From contig NC_042998.1 in NCBI RefSeq assembly GCF_006345805.1, positions 116,126,001-116,190,000 on the forward strand: DNA of 64,000 nt. Direction: 5' to 3'. Origin of the DNA: Octopus sinensis (Eukaryota). This document shows positions 13,461 through 25,396 of this stretch, piece after piece. Below the pieces are notes generated by a model. It was not told where the DNA came from and made no database searches. It saw only the letters and a program-made list of their open reading frames with translations. The position numbers and the translations under genes are program-made. Position 1 is the stretch's first letter. The number at the start of each line of letters is the position of its first letter.

Positions 13461-13664
13461 TATATGTATATACTCACGTGTGTATGAATGTATGTGTATG
13501 AATACCTGTGTCTGAGTGTGCGAGTACTATGTTGCTGTGATGCTTTCCTAGATTTCCCAGATGCAAAGATACGAACACACCTACTTTTCTTCCTCCTGCT
13601 ACTTCTAGTATTGCAAATGCTAATGATAACCATGTCTTCTATAGATGCGTTATGTGAAACTTTG

Positions 13665-14020
13665 GGAATGGGGGCGGTGCTTGTCGATTGCAGTCCATAA
13701 ATGCTAATTTTTTCATCAACCCCGAAAGGATAGACTGCGAAGATAATCTCGGTGGAATTTGAAGTTAAAAACTAATGGCGGACCCAATGACGCAATGCAT
13801 TTTATTCGGCGTAATACAGTTTCTGCTAGCTCGCTGCCATCATGCAATAATGGTTTCGATAATAACGGTTTCAAACTTTGGCTTGAGCCAGGAAGTTTTG
13901 AGGGGAGGGGACCTGAAAGTATGAAAAGCAAAGTCGACATCGGTAACATTTCAACTTAGATCATAAAGACAGGCGAAATTGCGCTAAGCATTGAGTTTCG
14001 AGTGCTATAGTTTCTCCCAA
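13665..14020 (-). mobile_element. Degraded family A SINE copies
   Basis: ccccgaaaggat, ctcggtggaatttgaa and aaagtcgacatcgg motifs. Confidence 0.6.
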
Positions 14021-14164
14021 TTTAATAATAATGATGGTGATGAGGGTGATGATGTTTATGATAATGATGTTGATGGAATCTCCCATCGAAAACGACGTAT
14101 GAGAGTTCAGTTTTTGCTAAAAGATGTACACAAATGATTTATGTATAATTTCAAATATATATGC

Positions 14165-14372
14165 TCAACATTAGCTCACTCCCTCCATCAAGTCAATATT
14201 GCCTGTAAAGGTGCACAATTATACCACACTTTGAGATGTCGAAATAATTGCAGAGTAACGTGAAATGAAGAGTTTTGCTCAAGAACATTGTGCGTCGCTA
14301 AGCCCAAGATTTGAACCTTAAATGTAGCGACCGTAGTTGCGGCACTTAAACCACTAGGCGACACGCTTCCGC
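14165..14372 (-). mobile_element. tRNA-derived SINE remnant
   Basis: Minus-strand head ggaagcgtgtcgcctagtggtttaag...aggttcaaatc; body homologous to 23820-24003. Confidence 0.65.
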
Positions 14373-14404
14373 ACAATAACAATAATAATAATAATCATAA
14401 TAAA

Positions 14405-15075
14405 CTTTTCTTTATCAGTCACCAAAAGTTCGCAAGAACGTTGAAGACGATAGAGGATAATACAATGTGGGGTTACATATAAAATGTGTAAATATAAAAG
14501 ATAGCAAAATAAATTTTAACATCGAAAACTGTCCTAAAAGAAGATATCCTAGGGCTGCTAGCAATGACCCCACAAACCAGGGTCGCCTTGATCACTAGGG
14601 CAAGAGATATTTCCACATCGTTCTCATAGCTTTGTCTGGGCGTGTTCATTCGGACTATTCTTGCAACATTCACCAGCTTTTAAGAAAATTGCTGGGAGGT
14701 AGCATTTCCCTCTCTACCCTTACTTTCCGTTCGAAGTGAAACTTGAGAAAGTTGATAAGGTCTTAGCCAGAGAGGAAAGTACCTGTGTTCAGTCCTTTCA
14801 ATATGGTCCAGCACACAATCTCTTTCGCTAAGGCCACCAGACAAAAGAAGCACTTCCTGCTAATCTCATCCAAAAGAAGGGGGTGGCGGGGCGATCATCA
14901 CAATAGACAGAGTCGATAGCTGGATCCAACTTACACGCGACAGCAGATGTTCGGCATAAACCCATAAGGCAGCAATGCTCGGGCACTGGAAGAGAGCAAG
15001 CAAAACAGTTTCATCGCTCTGCGTGCATCTCGGACAGACCAGGCTGACGGCACTTTATTCTTATATAGTTTATCC
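14405..15075 (-). pseudogene. Tx1/L1-clade LINE 3' fragment (ORF2 C-terminal zinc-binding domain and 3' UTR)
   Basis: Minus strand: VCPRCTQSDETVLLALFQCPSIAALW...LVALAKEIV...FLKFHFERKVRVERE...NVARIVRMN; UTR ends ggtgactgataaagaaaag. Confidence 0.75.
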
Positions 15076-15628
15076 GTTTATCCAAACCGGTAATAATCGC
15101 CGATAGTACTGTCAGACTAAACCTAGTGGAAATTACCTGTAGGTGTCGACTCGGAAGTCCTCCCAATCTGACCCTTTAATTCTCGTTGATGATTAGAGTT
15201 TCCCCGAGAAGATTATCGCAATTCTCCACCACTATCGAAGAACTTACCCCAACCACATTGCCCCACTGACAGAAGACAGTGAGTGCCTGATCACACAAAA
15301 TGAACCGCGGGCCCTGCTTCAGTCTACGCTTGATACAGGACTGCAACCCAGTTAAAGTTCAAAGTTCGATCTAATCGACTTAGCCTCTCCTTCTAAATAG
15401 CTGGCATTGTGGCAAAATTTGAAACCATTATTAATCAAATGACTTGGACGACGAATTAGAATCGTTGAAGTATTGAGCAAAACATCAACGTCGTCGTCGT
15501 CGTCATTATTATTGTTATTATTATTATTGAGGGCGATGCTGGGGTAGATACAAATATACGGAGCCTAATACACCCATTATGATCACCCGCAATTTCAAGC
15601 AAATCGATCCAAAACAACTACCACTTCG

Positions 15629-15970
15629 TTAAAGAGCATATACGTTTGACGGCGTTAAACGATTCAAAATGTTCTGGTGAATTAAACAAAATATTAGAAG
15701 CCAGATGTGTCAGCAAAACCACATGCTAATACTTATAAATTATTTTGACGATATTTGAATAAATTTGTATTAATTTTACGCTTCCATCTCTCTCACTTGT
15801 TCGGTCGAATTAACGCTGTATTTTAGTTTTGCCTTATATTATATAATATTGATATAATTAGTAATTTTCATTATGCACAAGGAAACTACAGTGTTACAAA
15901 GGTGATGAATTACGAACACATGACTAAATAACAATCTTGTCGTGTGTGTGTGTGTGTGTACGAACACATA
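15629..15970 (+). repeat. Local direct repeat, copy 2
   Basis: See 13095-13460. Confidence 0.9.
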
Positions 15971-16801
15971 TTTGTGACACTTCTTTAACCTATTTAAAAT
16001 CTGTGTTCAACTTGCGCAGAGATTAAATTTACATTTCAACCGCTCGGAACCGACATATTGAGGTAGCTGTTAAACACTTAACGAGATAATAAGCTCTTCT
16101 CTGTCTAATAATTCGGTCCTGATGCCTGTATAAGAAACAGCGATTGATAAATCGCTGTTAAAAGATAATAAGCTATTCCCCGTCTAAAAATTTCATTCCT
16201 GGTGCCTATATAAGGAACAATGACTTATGTAACTGTATCGATTTATTCTGTCGTCGTCGAGTTGAAAACTTAAAGTTGTGTTGTAACTCTGAATGATTTG
16301 ACAAAATTCAGAGCTTGTTCGAGTTAAATTCAATAATGTACGACTTCCAATAATTTGAGGTAACATGGATTTTCCATTTGCACAACAATGTTAAAACTTT
16401 AGGTTTTGTACAATTCTGTTTTATTCATAGACATGTTTCGCTTTCATAAAAAAAAAAATTGTGTTCATATGACAAAGCTAATGTCTTGCTCAAAATTATA
16501 TTCATTAGAATAGCGCCCAGGTTTCTTTGTTACCTCCTCGTCATTATAAAATTCTAATGAGCGACAGAAGATGACGTCACTTTTATTCCAGAAAATGCAA
16601 TATCGGTTGAGTCATATTTTCTTTTAACTTAGTGAGCGATAACACGTATATTCTTTTATCTTCTAGTAATTTATATAATAATGCAATTATAGCTCCCCAT
16701 AAACTAAAGTACCAAGCAGTACTGGAGACAACAATATTTACTAAACCACTTTGCATAAATGCTGCTGAGATAAACTTTGCCTTTCAATATTTCGGTATCG
16801 A

Positions 16802-16835
16802 AAGGCGGTGAGCTGGCAGAAACGTTAGCACGCCG
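16802..16835 (+). mobile_element. 5' part of a family A SINE head (A-box), interrupted by an insertion; contains the left TSD 16818-16835
   Basis: aaggcggtgagctggcAGAAACGTTAGCACGCCG; SINE sequence resumes at 18477. Confidence 0.85.
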
Positions 16836-18476
16836 TTTGACGTCGGTTGTGTTTTTTTACGCTCGTAAAATTCGGTAAAAAAGAACAAAAAGAATTGTTG
16901 TTGTTGTAGAAATTTTGAACGTCGTTGATGCGGTTTCGCGTTTCGCTGGTTCTGCGCGTTACACTTTTTCTGTTCGGGCGGCCGTTTTCGGTTTGTCAGA
17001 CAGAAGGAAATGGACTATGAGTCCCTATCAGACTTGTCCACGACTGATGAGGAACTGGAACAGGCAGTGAGAATGAAGCTGGGTTATACCTATGCCGGAG
17101 TGACCAAGAAGGCGGAAGAGAAAGGGGTGGACTTGGCCAAGCTGCCAAGTTACCAGAAATATATGAAGAAGGACAGCGGTGAGGTCGAAATAGCACCGAC
17201 ACCCAAGAGAAAAGAATGGTACGATAAAAGGACCATCATATACAGGGTGTTCGCAAGCGAAAGGAAGAAGATAGAAGTTGTAAACATGGAGTGGATAGAG
17301 GAGGCGCTAAGAAGAACGGAAGAGGAGATTAATTTTCTGACTCGAGGATCAAAGTATGGTACTGTAGTGGTACAGTTTAAAAGTGAGAATGCAGCAAGGA
17401 AGATGGCGGCGAAGGCGGTGAAATCCGAAAAGGTAACACTTTTGCCTACGTATCTAAAAAGAAAAATTACTAGAGTAAGGGTGGAGGGACTGCCCCCAAA
17501 CGTTGAGGCCGAGTGGATTGTGGCGGATGTGATCAGCGGCCACGTGGAGGAAGTAGATATTCTCCATGCCTCGGTTAAGACCGAGGGCTGGAGAGGCGTA
17601 ACAGTGGAACTGAACGTGCAGGCAGAGAACGAGGTACTGGTGGACCTGGCGGAAAGCATCAAATTGGGAGACGTGATCATGAGAGTGTGGGTGGAGGGCA
17701 GAGCTCCACGTTGTTACAAGTGTGGCCTGAGGGGTCACATAAGAGCTTACTGCCCTCCCCCAGTGAAAGAAATGGATTCCGAACCACAGAGAGAGGAGCA
17801 GAAACCAGAGGAGAAGGAGACAGTAGAAGAGGAAGAGAATACACAGGAATGGAAAGAAGCTGGGAAGAAGAGGAAGAGGATAATAAGAGGAAAAGAAAAT
17901 AACATAGAACACCAATCCACCCCAAAACCACCCATACCCTCTGAGTCCCACCCTTTCCCTGCAGACAGTGAACCCACCCGCTCCCCTCCAACAAGAAAAC
18001 AAAAGAAAAAAAATAATACAGACAGACAAGAGATTGAAATCGAACCCAGGCCGAACATTTGTACTATGACAGAACAGAAAGAAGTTAAAAGGCTAATGGA
18101 AGAGTATAAATGGTATGAAGTTGGTGAGACTAGGTATGCTGTGATTGAAAAGAAGAGAATAGATGAGTTTATGGTGAGGTGTGAAAGGGAGAATTGGGAG
18201 GTGAAAGATATAAGAATGAATTCGTGGAAAATATGGAGGAGTATTTCGGAGTAAGAATAGATATGGAAGGTATTCGTATTGGGAATGAACATTCAAGTGA
18301 CGGTGAAAACCAAAGGACAGGAAAGTGATGCTAACGGATGGGGCCTTTAGTATCGCTTTCATATTATCATTTTTTCATGTACTAATTCATCCTTCATAAA
18401 TTTAATTATAATGTTCTATGTCCCCATGTCTTGTGGTGTCCCCTCTGTGTCGCCCCTGGTGGGTAATAAAGAAAGA
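16836..18476 (+). mobile_element. ORF1-only (non-autonomous) Tx1/L1-like retroelement inserted in a SINE
   Basis: Flanked by agaaacgttagcacgccg / agaaactttagcacgctg (16/18 identical); ~175-bp 5' UTR, one ORF, ~220-bp 3' UTR ending gtgggtAATAAAgaaag; no RT. Confidence 0.8.
17010..18254 (+). CDS. LINE ORF1p/gag-like nucleic-acid-binding protein (RRM-like region plus CCHC zinc knuckle), 414 aa
   Basis: Uninterrupted ORF; CYKCGLRGHIRAYC = CX2CX4HX4C; GTVVVQFKSENAA and TRVRVEGLPPNV resemble RRM segments of Tx1/L1 ORF1p; acidic/basic disordered C-terminus. Confidence 0.85.
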   Translation: MDYESLSDLSTTDEELEQAVRMKLGYTYAGVTKKAEEKGVDLAKLPSYQKYMKKDSGEVEIAPTPKRKEWYDKRTIIYRVFASERKKIEVVNMEWIEEALRRTEEEINFLTRGSKYGTVVVQFKSENAARKMAAKAVKSEKVTLLPTYLKRKITRVRVEGLPPNVEAEWIVADVISGHVEEVDILHASVKTEGWRGVTVELNVQAENEVLVDLAESIKLGDVIMRVWVEGRAPRCYKCGLRGHIRAYCPPPVKEMDSEPQREEQKPEEKETVEEEENTQEWKEAGKKRKRIIRGKENNIEHQSTPKPPIPSESHPFPADSEPTRSPPTRKQKKKNNTDRQEIEIEPRPNICTMTEQKEVKRLMEEYKWYEVGETRYAVIEKKRIDEFMVRCERENWEVKDIRMNSWKIWRSISE

Positions 18477-18890
18477 AGAAACTTTAGCACGCTGGGCGAA
18501 ATGCTTAGCGGTCTTACCCAATGGGGTCGATGTTCAAATTCCACCGAGATCGATTTTGCCTTTTATCTTTTCGGGGTCAATAAATTAAGTACCAGTTACG
18601 CACTGGCATCGATGTAATCGACTTAATCCCTTTGTTTGTCCTTGTTTGTCCCCTCTATGTTTAGCCCCTTGTGGGCAATAAAGAAATAAGAAACGTTAGT
18701 ACGCTGGGCGAAATGCCTTGCAGTCTTACGTCTGTCTTTACGTTTTGAGTTCAAATTTCACCGAGATCGACTTTGCCTTTCATCCTTTCGGGGTCGATAG
18801 ATTAAGTACCAGCTGCGTACTGGAGTCGATCTAATCGACTGTCCCAGTCTCCTAAATTTCAGGCGTTGTGCCTATAGTAGAAAACAGTAT
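18477..18890 (+). mobile_element. Two tandem family A SINE bodies, each starting at the agaaac(g/t)ttag motif
   Basis: Unit 1 (18477-18688) ends tgtcccctctatgtttagccccttgtgggcaataaagaaata; unit 2 (from 18689) has a different tail (aaatttcaggcgttgtgcctatagtagaaa). Confidence 0.88.
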
Positions 18891-19234
18891 TTCGGTGTCA
18901 ATAAAAGGAAGTACCAGTAAAGTATTGTGATTAATCTCTCATTCCTGCAAATTGTTGATCTTGAGCCACAATTCAGATTATCATGGTTACTGTTAAGGCA
19001 GCAAAATGACAATATTTAGAGCTTTACCGAAGAATGACATGTGATATTTTTTTCTGGCCTTTTAATGTTTAGTTCAATACCCGTCAATACATTTTTACCT
19101 TCATCATTTGAGGCTGATAAAATAGAGGACCGGTCAGTTATTGCGACTGATGACGTCGACTAAACCAGTCCCCGGAAAATGTTGGTATTTGAGAACTGTA
19201 ATAGAAACTATTACTAGAACCACCAAAACAACTA

Positions 19235-19725
19235 ATATACCACTACTGCTGCTACCCTCCCACAACCACCACCACCACCGCTAGTACTACTTTTACTACT
19301 GCTGCTGCCACTACTGCTACTACTCATACTACTACTGCTGCTGCTGCTAATACTTCAACTACTACTACAGCAACTGTCACTACTATTATTACTACTACAT
19401 ATGCCACTGCTACACCTTTTTCTACTACTACTACTACTACTACTACTACAGCTGCCACTGCTACACCTGTTTCTACTACTACTACTACTACTACATCTGC
19501 CACTACTACTACTATTACTACTACAACTGCCACTACTACAACTGCCACTACTACTACTGCCACTACTACCACTACTACTACTACTACTACTGCCACTACT
19601 ACTACTACTACTACTACTACTAATACTACAACTGCTGCCACTACTACTACTACTACTACTACTCCTTCTTCTTCCGCCTGCGACCGCCTGCTGCTGCTGC
19701 TGCCGCTGCTGTTATTGTTATTAAC
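19235..19725. repeat. Degenerate (CTA/CTG/CCA)n trinucleotide array
   Basis: Seen directly; gives spurious poly-V/poly-L ORFs. Confidence 0.9.
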
Positions 19726-20159
19726 ATTCATATTAACCATTTTTCATATATCCGGGTAACGTAGTTTATTGACACGACTGCGTATAGTAATTTCTTTACG
19801 GCGCCAGCATGATGAAAGCTAATGTTGACATCATCTTTTAAGCTAAATTCTTCTTGAGACATAATGCCTCTGACATATAATATGCGTCATTATGAAATTA
19901 GATGCAATTACTGAAGCTCGATATGTTCTTGCGAACAAAGCAATGATTATGGGAGATTTATAATCGAATTAGGAATGTACAATGAGATTATTCATTCGTT
20001 CTCCAAAGGCTTTAACGAATTTACAATTTTTGTTTTGAGAATTGCATACGACGGTTTTTGTGAAGAGAGGATTGAATCGATATCAGCTAATGACTGGTAC
20101 TCGATGAGCCTAACGCAACTTTTGAATATGGAACTTACTGCAATGAAACGCAGTAGTGG

Positions 20160-20710
20160 TTTGAAATTTTAGCACAGGCTCAACAGTATTACAGATGAGG
20201 GGGATCAATTACATTGACCCCCGCAGTACTAAACTAATACTTATTTTATCCACCTCGAAGGAATGAAGGAAGACCTCCGTGAAATTTGAACTCAGTTTGT
20301 AAATCCAGAAAAAATGAAGCTAAGCATTTTGATCGCCGTAGTAACCGTACTGTCAGCTCATTGCTTTTATTGGCCACAAGAGCCGTAACATCAGTTACGA
20401 TAATGCAAATAATAAAGACTTTGGTTATTCGCGCACGCAAATATGAATAAAATGAATAACGATAAACTAAAAACAATTACTACTATTAGTAGCAGTAATT
20501 TCAAATTTTGGCAAAAGGCTAGCAACTTCGGTGGAGGGGCTAATTCGATTACACTGACCCCAGTACTCAGCGGGTTCTTTTTGTCGATCCCTAAAGGATG
20601 AAAGGTAAATTCAACATCGTCAGAATTTTCACTCAGAATTTGTAGACGGAGGAAATGCCGCTAAGCATTTGTGCCTGGTGCGCTAGCGATTCTGCCAGCT
20701 CAACGCCTTA
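20160..20710 (-). mobile_element. Two degraded family A SINEs
   Basis: gaccccagtact, aaaggatgaaagg, ccgctaagcattt and ctgccagctc motifs. Confidence 0.7.
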
Positions 20711-21614
20711 ATAGTTTTTATGTTAACAAATAGTTTCAGTGAAAATGATAGTCTATTCCGCGACCCCCTTACTTTACGTTCGTAGCTATCGATTCCAGTT
20801 CGTGACTAGTACTTGCTGTTATCGACATCGGGAAGAAGGAAGATAAATCTCACTTAGTTGTGAACTCAGAACATAAATACCAGCATGAAATGATGCCAGA
20901 CATTCTCTCTGTTGCTCTAACTTATGAATATATTAGTAATATTTTAACAAGACTCACTAGTTTCGATAAGATTTTCTCATAGTCATTTTAAATCACAACA
21001 GAGACCTGAAGTGATAAAGTAAAAAGTTAACAAATGAATACAAAAGTCTCATACAGAAAAAATTAACAAACTTATACAAATGTTTCCTGCAGTTATGTCT
21101 GTCACCAATAATTCTATGTATTTTACACCATTATATTACTTTCAATATATAAAATATATTGCTTTGTAGTTTTCTCTGTACTTCTGCATGTGAAGACAAT
21201 GATTATTTAGCCAAAAAATAATATGATTAAGTTTTTCCTATTTTGCACAAGAAAAAAATTGCCTGGATTGCTTACTTTCAGCAGATGTTAATATACGACC
21301 AAACACTGATGTAAGCAATGAAATAACTCATAAATTGATAATAATATGACAAAAACAGCATATACAATTGTTTTATAGCTGTTTTTACGAACTGCATACC
21401 GAAGTATACAGTTCATCCTCACAACAAAGATGCGTGAAAAGTATGGAATACAATAACCGATAAAAATATACAAAAATATATAGACACATATACAAATACA
21501 TCAATATATGCGTGCGTGTGTGGGTTGTGTGAGTGTCCGTGAGTATTTGTCTGTCTGCATGTCTACATACTTGCGTGTTTGTATATACATATATACATAC
21601 ATACATACATACAT

Positions 21615-21686
<72 letters not shown>

Positions 21687-21897
21687 TGTATTACTTTTAA
21701 AACGAAAATGCTAATAGTAACTTCGCGGATTCGGCTTCTTCGAAGTCGAGGAAGCAGAAAATTCAAATCATTCTCAAACTTCAAACTTCTTGTAAGAGTT
21801 TAATACACATGTACTCTGCTGAACTGACTTGTGTAGGCCTTCAGTGAAAGTTTAAATTGCTTTTATGTATTACTTGATGTAAAACATATATATATAT

Positions 21898-21939
<42 letters not shown>

Positions 21940-21947
21940 CACATATA

Positions 21948-22352
21948 CGCACAGGCCTGACTGCGTGGTAACAAGCTTGCTTCCCAGCCATATGGTCCCG
22001 GGTTCAGTACCACTGCGTGGCACCTTGACTACTATCATGGCTTCGGGCCGACTAAAGACTTGTGAGCGGATTAGGTAGAATGACACAGAAAGAAGCCTAT
22101 CGTATATATATATGTGTGTGTGTGTTGTTTGTGTGTGTGTTGTGTGTGTTTTCCACCACCACAGCTTGAGAACAGGTGTAGGTATTTTTCCGTTGCCGTA
22201 ATATAGCGGTTCGTCAAAAAAATACTGTTAGAATAAGTTCCAGTCTATGAGGAAAAAGTTCTAGCGTCGATTTCTTCGATTAAAAACCTCTTCAGTTGGT
22301 GCCCCAGAATGGCCGCAGTCAAAATAACTGAAACAACTAACAAATAAAAGAT
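21948..22352 (+). mobile_element. tRNA-derived SINE, family B (internal TG repeat, CR1-like 3' tail)
   Basis: Head gcacaggcctgactgcgtggtaac...ggttcagtaccactgcgtggcaccttg; tail ggtgccccagaatggccgcagtc..aactgaaac; homologous to 44830-45240 and 45665-46062. Confidence 0.82.
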
Positions 22353-22619
22353 ATTTATATACGACACACAAAGTGTTCCAAATATTTAAAATCACTGGTC
22401 GTGCAGCAGCATATTCGCAGCTTTCGAACTGCATCTCCTATAAGAATAATAGAGTATATATAACTTTTACAGTATTGAAAATCAGCACGTTTTCAACGGG
22501 TTTTCTTATAAGACTGACAAAGGTAGTTGAGTTTAACCCTAGGCGCTAAGAGTCGTTGATGAGGATGAAATCGTGATCTAACCATATATATACACATTTA
22601 TTGAATCAGGTACATAAAA

Positions 22620-24005
22620 ATAACTTCAGTTGCTTCTGGGTTAGAGCGGTGTGTCCGCATTTGTATACAGAATGTAACTGCAACGACGTATGAGGGTTCG
22701 GCAATTTCTTGCCGAATAGTCAAGTATTTTTTGAGCTCGTAAATTTTTGGTAGTTTCTTTTTACTCAAACGGGTATAATATTATTTTGGACATTTGTATT
22801 GTAGTCACTTAAACTGAACCTATTTGGTAAGCAAAATTTTCTTGACTAAAATATTCCGGCTTTTTGGGGCAAATTTTAATTTTAATTTTATAGCGTACTT
22901 TTTTGGCACGTTATTGTTTACATTTTCTAAACATGGCCTCCAGCCATAAAGAGGGCTACGCCCCCCAAACTGAACTATAGAAATCAAGATTTTCTGTACA
23001 CACCACCTGACGTTCCACCTCACATAAATATGCTCAGCGTAACTAACAACACCTTCATTGATTGAAAAGAAAACCACCCCATTCGGGTGGGTAATCTTCA
23101 AAGAGCAATAATCAATATTTTATACAAAAACTTGATCGTGGAAATTCCCACAGACACCCAGAAAATGAGAAAATCAACTCATTTTCACCGCAGCACCAAA
23201 AGTAAGAAGTGCATCATTTTTTTGGTTTTGCCCAAGTTAAGTTGTTTAGACGTGCGTGTCCTGGGTTCGCTTTGAAGGCAACGACGCTTTCTGAACGACC
23301 ACAGTTCACGGGATTTGCACTTGCAAAAGAGGTTCTGTGGATGTTTTAACGGGTGAAAGTTTTAACAACAAGCACCTTTCTCACCGGCGGTGGTTTAATT
23401 AATTAGTTCAGGTTCCACTTGAAAAAGAAATGGGGGTTGGAGTGGGAGGAGCTCCCCTCGTGCAAATTTAAGGAAAGATGGGTAAAAGTTGCACGAATGT
23501 TTAGAATGAATGGATCTAACTTGGGCATAAACTTTTAGTCTTTTGCCTTAGCGATCAGGGTTTCACGTGGCTTGTGGGGTTTCCCCGACCAACCCAGAAT
23601 ACCACACTTTTGAGTACCACTGTTGTTTTTATGTTTCCACCTGAAATGTTTAGCCTCTTACCATTGTTAAAAGTGTGTACACACATTTATGTATGACCCC
23701 AACCATATGTCCTGTATTGTCCCTCTATGTTAGGTTCTAGTGGCTAATAAAGGAAAGAATATCTTGCCGAACAACGACAAAGATGATTTGTTTATAGTGA
23801 TCAAATGGCCGTGTACACATAAGCTCACTCCCTCCATCGAATCAACATTATCTGTATGGGTGCATCATGTGCCACATGCCAGATGAAATGTCCGCAGAGC
23901 AATGTGAAATAAAGGGGTTTATTCAGGAGCTCAGCTCCAAGACCGGTCTGAGAATCGAACCCTCAATCATGAGTGCAACAACCTAACCACTATGCAATCC
24001 GCCTT
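22620..24005 (-). mobile_element. tRNA-derived SINE split by the insertion at 22717-23757
   Basis: tRNA-like head at ~24003-23940 on the minus strand (tagtggttaggttgttgcactc...ggttcgattctcagaccgg); body continues across the duplicated aat(a/t)tcttgccgaa. Confidence 0.6.
22717..23757 (+). mobile_element. Internally deleted Tx1/L1-like element with 14-bp TSD
   Basis: TSD aatttcttgccgaa (22703-22716) / aatatcttgccgaa (23758-23771); 3' part encodes ALAKEVLW...FRFHLKKK...KERWVKVARMFRMN, homologous to 14640-14850; tail tgtccctctatgtt..gtggctaataaaggaaag. Confidence 0.72.
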
Positions 24006-24129
24006 TCTGTTGAAGAGATGAGGCTCGAAATGTAAAAGACTTTTTCATTTTTCATTTTCTCGAGCGTCGAACTAATATACTTGTTTGTTGTTCATACAAC
24101 TGTCTTAATCTTTTGTTTTTCTATAAGTT

Positions 24130-24135
<6 letters not shown>
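24005..24135 (+). mobile_element. Degenerate Penelope-type short element with a decayed hammerhead motif
   Basis: ttctgttgaagagatgaggctcgaaatgta...cgagcgtc..taatatac resembles 41600-41740 and 54610-54735. Confidence 0.5.
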
Positions 24136-24183
<48 letters not shown>

Positions 24184-24189
24184 ATATAT

Positions 24190-24226
<37 letters not shown>

Positions 24227-25396
24227 GTAATATTATCAGTATTCATGCAAACCAGGTACTACAGTAGTAAAGTACCAAATTCGAGTTGGTGATATCGTTA
24301 TCATTACAAACTATATTTGAAAATTGAATAAAGTAGACACAGATTTATACACCGATTGTGCTTACAATCACAAATGGTCGTCTGAATATACATTGAATCA
24401 TCAGGGTTCCACATGGGTAGAAACACTGCACCCATTTCCCTGCACTCAATAGACTCCAGATACAAGCGAACCGCAGGTTCCAAGTTAGGTGAATTATTAA
24501 AAGATGGACAATTATTAACAGATGGACAATGGTTCACTGCAGTTGTTTCAGACGTGTTTTGTTTTTCATTGACGATTAAAAGTGATACATCATGCAAAAA
24601 CCTCGTTTTTCCTCATGTGAATACATGCATGAATTTAACATTTGGAACCTCTCAATAACAAGTCAGAAGTGCCAGTAGATTAAAAATAGTACTTTTGACT
24701 TCTTATTGAGATGTTAAAAATATTTTATTCTAACATGTATTCATGTAATAAAGACATTCTTTTTTGTTTTGCGTGATGTAACACTATTCATCAATAAAAC
24801 ACACACACACACACACTCACACATACATAGCTTCGAAACTAGGAAACTTATATTGTGTTCCTAGATTTTGTCAAGTAACATTTTGAAAAATGCATACCTC
24901 TTCCATTAGGATAAACATTCGTTTATTTTCTCCTATTTTTAGACCTACTCGTTTACCTCTAAGTGAGGAGTAGGGAAGCTTTTCTTCACACAGTGTTTTG
25001 GGATTAATTTGCATATGAGTGCAAATTTCAGAAAACGCTCGTTCAGAAATTGTTATGTTGTTTCCCAAGAAATAAACAAAACACACACACAAACGCGCGC
25101 GCGTAAACACACTCTCTCGAAATTGTCGATGTTTACTTTTCATTACCAGCAGCTGCATATACGAATGAATTATGTGTGCACACATACACATATACACATA
25201 TACATATAAACATACATGCATATATGTGCATATGTGTGCAGGCACACCTGTACGAATGCGTGTATATTTAAATTACATATATATAGACACACTCATATAT
25301 ATACAGAAACATAATTTTTCTATTATTACTTACATAACAACCTATAAAAATCTATTATGCAACCAGTGAAGCTAAAGTAAATAAAATATAGCTTAC

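Noticed and set aside
17010-18254. LTR-retrotransposon or retroviral gag, or a domesticated host gene
   Set aside because: No LTRs, PBS or pol; the long TSD and LINE-type tail point to a non-LTR ORF1. Domestication cannot be shown from one copy.
17150-18362. Several antisense ORFs overlapping the 414-aa ORF
   Set aside because: Shadow frames of a purine-rich coding strand; no motifs.
16818-18706. Three copies of agaaac(g/t)ttag(c/t)acgc as a CRISPR-like array
   Set aside because: Eukaryotic context, irregular spacing and no cas genes; explained as TSDs in SINE heads.
24304-24597. Minus-strand peptide containing WNPDD, a candidate next iGluR exon
   Set aside because: No GxW motif or pyrimidine-rich acceptor; the context (ccctgatga...tttattcaa) looks more like a decayed repeat terminus.
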